Source: a virus (lineage: Duplodnaviria > Caudoviricetes). From it: a DNA stretch of 35,506 nucleotides. Made by a program: the position numbers and the translations under genes. Below the pieces are notes generated by a model. The model did not search any database, had not been told where the DNA came from, and worked only from the letters and a program-made list of their open reading frames with translations. The stretch covers positions 1 through 35,506 of IMG/VR virus record IMGVR_UViG_3300044646_000999, one strand, 5' to 3'. Of the stretch, positions 32,988-35,506 are shown in pieces (the stretch's first letter is position 1; every line of letters starts with the position of its first letter).

Positions 32988-33312
32988 CGTTGTCCTCGTC
33001 CAGCCGTTCCAGCATCCAGTCCTTCAACGATTCCCAGCCACGGGACTCATCGACGGGCACGCCATTCGAGGTTGGCACCACGAAGGTGTGGCCGGTGCCG
33101 CCGTACCGATTCCGGACCACCGTGAGGCCAACGACCACACGCTCCCGAGGCTGACCATTCAAAGGCGTGTCCTCTTCCACGATGGCCAAAACCCCGAACG
33201 CCGGAATCTGGCACCCCTCAAAGTGGCGATCCAGCACAAGCTCACTCGCCATACGTGAACTCCACAGGGAACCTTTCAACGCATCAACATCCATCTCCGG
33301 TGAAAGATTCAC
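32980..33312 (-). CDS. Hypothetical protein (start uncertain)
   Basis: GTGA coupling to the upstream ORF, and it overlaps the next start. Confidence 0.55.
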   Translation of the reverse strand: MNLSPEMDVDALKGSLWSSRMASELVLDRHFEGCQIPAFGVLAIVEEDTPLNGQPRERVVVGLTVVRNRYGGTGHTFVVPTSNGVPVDESRGWESLKDWMLERLDEDNDA

Positions 33313-33668
33313 CGCGCCGATTCCGCCACTTCCTGCTTCTCCCACAGCACTCGCCCGAGTTCACGGACGCACTCATCCACCAGCCTCTTGTAGAACATCT
33401 CCGGCAAGTGTTCGTATTCACGGCGTTCGTGATCCGAGAGGTAGCAGATGCACTGAATCACCCGGTCGCGTTCACGCCGCCCCGGCCAGAACAAGCACCG
33501 CAGTTGGATGAAGTTGCCATCGACGTACTTTTCGTCCGTTTCAAGAATCACGATGGAACCAGCCCCGTTTTCCCGCCAGAACGGAACCTTCACGCCGTGC
33601 TGAATCACCAGCCACGCCCGCGAATCGTCACCCCACTGTCGGCAAATCCACCACGGCAGTTCGTCCAT
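33309..33668 (-). CDS. Hypothetical protein, first ORF of the late operon
   Basis: ATG 33668 (MDELPWW...) with a protein-like sequence, downstream of phased operator-like repeats. Confidence 0.55.
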   Translation of the reverse strand: MDELPWWICRQWGDDSRAWLVIQHGVKVPFWRENGAGSIVILETDEKYVDGNFIQLRCLFWPGRRERDRVIQCICYLSDHERREYEHLPEMFYKRLVDECVRELGRVLWEKQEVAESAR

Positions 33669-33689
33669 ACACCACCCGCGCAACAAACC

Positions 33690-33715
33690 GTGACACATTG
33701 TCACAAAATGTAACA
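33690..33715. promoter_or_regulatory. Three GTNACA boxes at exact 10-bp spacing, including the palindrome GTGACA-cat-TGTCAC
   Basis: GTGACA at 33690, GTCACA at 33700 and GTAACA at 33710, in an AT-richer patch just upstream of the late operon. Confidence 0.5.
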
Positions 33716-33969
33716 ACGCGCGCTAAGCATACCCATCAACATCTTGCCACCACAAGACGCCTGTGCTACCGTCCACCTCAGCGGCACGCTCAGGCCCTGT
33801 TTGCCAACGCCGCTCGGTTCAACAGTGTCACTACCGACCGCTGCCCAAAAGGGACGCCAAAGGTGACACACGAAATGGCTCGCTCCGGCGGTCGGTCGTA
33901 GACCCACCCCCCTGTCGAACGCTGCTCCGGTACACCCCCCGGACGGACGAGAACCTGCCACAAGCTCTT

Positions 33970-33978
33970 TGTGGATAA
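33970..33978 (-). promoter_or_regulatory. Perfect DnaA box (TTATCCACA)
   Basis: Plus strand reads TGTGGATAA within the large non-coding region. Only one copy was seen. Confidence 0.4.
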
Positions 33979-34394
33979 CCGGATACGGTGAGATGGATGT
34001 CTCATTGCCGGTCGCGAGCCAGAGGGGGGTGGTCTACCCACAGATCGCACCCTATACGCGCTGCACACGCTTGCGCAGTGCCACCGCCAACCCTCCAGCA
34101 GAGGGTCCAGCGAAACCGCACAACCAGCATTCGTGGTCCCATGCGTGATCGTGAATGGGTGTGTGTGTGAGTGAGGGGTAACTGTATACGTGGGCGAACG
34201 CGCGAGGGGGGCGGTCGGGGTCGAAAGGTGTCGCCACCATTGACGGGGGTCCCTGACGCATCGCACGCAAGCCCTTGCCGCGTAACGAGTTGCGTCGATT
34301 GTGCACGGTCGCAACGCTCGCACACCACATAAGGTAGGAGACGACCTGTCTACCATCCGGTCGGCTATCGCATCCTGACGCCAAGCACACCGCA

Positions 34395-34606
34395 AAGAGC
34401 ATCGCAACATCGGGTGAACAGCGGATCAACGAACGATGCACGCGAGGCTGACGACAGTCGGATCGGCCTTCCCATCGGCTCGCAAACAGGGGACGAACAG
34501 CGTTCCAACAGCGTTCGCCCAGGCATTGCACGCCATGCTCACGAGCCGACAAACGAGCATCGCACAGGCGTCAAACAGGTCACGAACAACGGTCCAACAG
34601 GCCCGC
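34395..34606 (+). repeat. Degenerate 11-bp-period tandem repeats (core [A/C]AC[A/G])
   Basis: Cores at 34406, 34417, 34428, 34439; 34485, 34496, 34507; 34552, 34563, 34574, 34585, 34596. Confidence 0.6.
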
Positions 34607-34722
34607 AATTGCGATCCGCTCCCCTTCCCGCGAAGATTTTTCCAAACTCGCTAATGCGTTGCACGACAACGGGTTAAGCACGATCAACAGGGCCGATCCG
34701 GCACAAAACCTCAACATCCCCG

Positions 34723-34751
34723 TTGACGATGTCGAAACCAAATCGTAATAT
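34723..34751 (+). promoter_or_regulatory. Putative strong sigma70 promoter of the right-end operon
   Basis: TTGACG-N17-TAATAT. Confidence 0.7.
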
Positions 34752-34809
34752 CCCATCATGCGACAGCCGAATGCGGTCCGCGACACTCACCAGTCCCAAT
34801 GCGGGGAGA

Positions 34810-35034
34810 ATGACCATGTCCTACGAGCAGTTTCGACGCGCCTACGTCACCGCGACCTGTAACCTCATGCGAGGCGTGTCCTACGAGCGACAGCGTGAGT
34901 TGTGGCGACAGATTGGCGACCTGTGTGAGTCCTACGCCGCATTCGTCGAGCGTGTTGATGCCGAGTGGGAATCGCTGTTCCCTGTCGTCAATGGCCGTCG
35001 CTCGCAAGAGCCTGTGTTCCCCGATGCGACGTGA
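34810..35034 (+). CDS. Hypothetical protein (~73 aa; start 34810 or 34816)
   Basis: GGGGAG SD and a helical protein-like sequence. Confidence 0.65.
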   Translation: MTMSYEQFRRAYVTATCNLMRGVSYERQRELWRQIGDLCESYAAFVERVDAEWESLFPVVNGRRSQEPVFPDAT

Positions 35035-35041
35035 TTCAACG

Positions 35042-35083
35042 TCCCCCAGTGGCCTAAGCGCGGTTCGACTCCGCGCGGGGGGA
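35042..35083 (+). ncRNA. tRNA-like minihelix (acceptor-like stem plus T arm)
   Basis: TCCCCC/GGGGGA encloses a short AGTGGCCTAA linker and GCGCGG-TTCGACT-CCGCGC. Confidence 0.55.
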
Positions 35084-35134
35084 ATGCGGCTCGTGGAGCC
35101 GCTTGTCCGATTGTCCCGATACGGGAGAAACACG

Positions 35135-35362
35135 ATGAACGCCGAACACGTCAAAGCCGCCTTGCAGGTCACCTTCGCCGTCGCGGAATCCATTCGCGAG
35201 GCGGGATCTATCCCGGAAGGGACGATCTATGCTGCCCTCATGGGGCGTGTGACGCTCGAAGGATTCAATTCGTGTCTGCGGACACTGGAGCGTACTGGCC
35301 TCGTGAAGCGCGAACCGTCGCATTTGGTGCGATGGATCGGACCGCAGATTGAGTCCCGCTGA
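35135..35362 (+). CDS. Small winged-helix-like protein (75 aa)
   Basis: GGGAG SD. IREAGSIPEGTIYAAL...LRTLERTGLVKRE follows a wHTH pattern. Confidence 0.7.
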   Translation: MNAEHVKAALQVTFAVAESIREAGSIPEGTIYAALMGRVTLEGFNSCLRTLERTGLVKREPSHLVRWIGPQIESR

Positions 35363-35419
35363 CGATGGCCACTGGCAATGGCCGAAACCGTCGCGAGACG
35401 GTCCGGGAAGCCATCAATC
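35347..35419 (+). ncRNA. Type I hammerhead ribozyme
   Basis: Stem I TCCCG/CGGGA extended by GATTGA/TCAATC. Core CTGACGA, one extra U, stem II GGCCA/TGGCC, GAAA, stem III CCGTC-GCGA-GACGG. GUC cleavage triplet ends at 35403. Loop II TGGC is complementary to the stem I bulge GCCA. Confidence 0.9.
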
Positions 35420-35437
35420 CTAACTAGGGAGACCAAC

Positions 35438-35506
35438 ATGCTACACGAACGTCACCGACCCACCGATTGGCAACAGGTTGTCGGCCAAGACAAGACGCTT
35501 GCCAAG
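35438..35506 (+). CDS. N-terminus of a clamp-loader/RarA-clade AAA+ ATPase (truncated by window edge)
   Basis: MLHERHRPTDWQQVVGQDK matches the L.E.YRP..F..VVGQ box of DnaX/RFC/RarA. AGGGAG SD. Confidence 0.7.
   Translation, partial: MLHERHRPTDWQQVVGQDKTLAK

Larger units (their letters stand above)
1..35506. mobile_element. Temperate dsDNA tailed phage genome segment, podovirus-like (non-integrated arrangement)
   Basis: Contains TerL, portal, scaffold, major capsid, adaptor, nozzle and ejection-type proteins, plus integrase, RecT/YqaJ, SSB and RuvC-like genes. There is no tape measure, tube or sheath gene. The integrase has phage genes on both sides and no host genes are seen. Confidence 0.93.

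Noticed and set aside
10800-33300. Many long plus-strand ORFs (e.g. 16817-19081, 26169-28223, 28637-30649)
   Set aside because: These are antisense shadows of GC-biased minus-strand genes, with R/H/V-rich non-protein-like composition and no recognisable motifs.
33689-33705. CRP site
   Set aside because: TGTGA and TCACG are separated by 7 nt rather than 6.
34395-34606. CRISPR mini-array
   Set aside because: The units are 11-bp degenerate tandem repeats with no repeat-spacer structure.
33700-34700. ORFs of 60-206 aa in the large intergenic region
   Set aside because: No SD or family motifs, and they overlap repeats and homopolymer tracts. Treated as non-coding.
1-35506. Stop-codon reassignment, diversity-generating retroelement or retron
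   Set aside because: Core genes are intact in the standard code with all three stop codons used. No reverse transcriptase or TR/VR pair was seen.

Overview
The whole window reads as a continuous segment of a GC-rich temperate dsDNA tailed phage with podovirus-like architecture. No host genes are visible. A Planctomycetota host is my inference from the CsrA, the integrase style and a dockerin-like motif. From left to right: (1) a minus-strand early operon (RuvC-like resolvase, SSB, G39P-like and replication-initiator-like proteins, ParB-like protein, RecT, YqaJ exonuclease, CsrA), preceded by a GGA-rich structured region with two tRNA-like RNAs that lack anticodon arms. (2) A control region with a palindromic bidirectional sigma70-type promoter, a leaderless HTH gene and a tyrosine integrase. 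(3) A long minus-strand late operon (TerS candidate, TerL, portal, scaffold, major capsid, decoration, adaptor, GT4 glycosyltransferase, nozzle, three ejection-type proteins including a ~2000-aa polyvalent protein, SAM methyltransferase), followed by a separately promoted structured RNA, a DUF3820-like gene and a C1q-domain gene. (4) A ~1 kb non-coding region with a DnaA box, G-tracts and helically phased 11-bp repeats. (5) A plus-strand operon whose intergenic spaces hold a tRNA-like minihelix and a complete type I hammerhead ribozyme in front of a clamp-loader-like AAA+ gene. The most unusual aspect is the density of RNA-level control elements. All family calls come from motif recognition by eye, without database searches.
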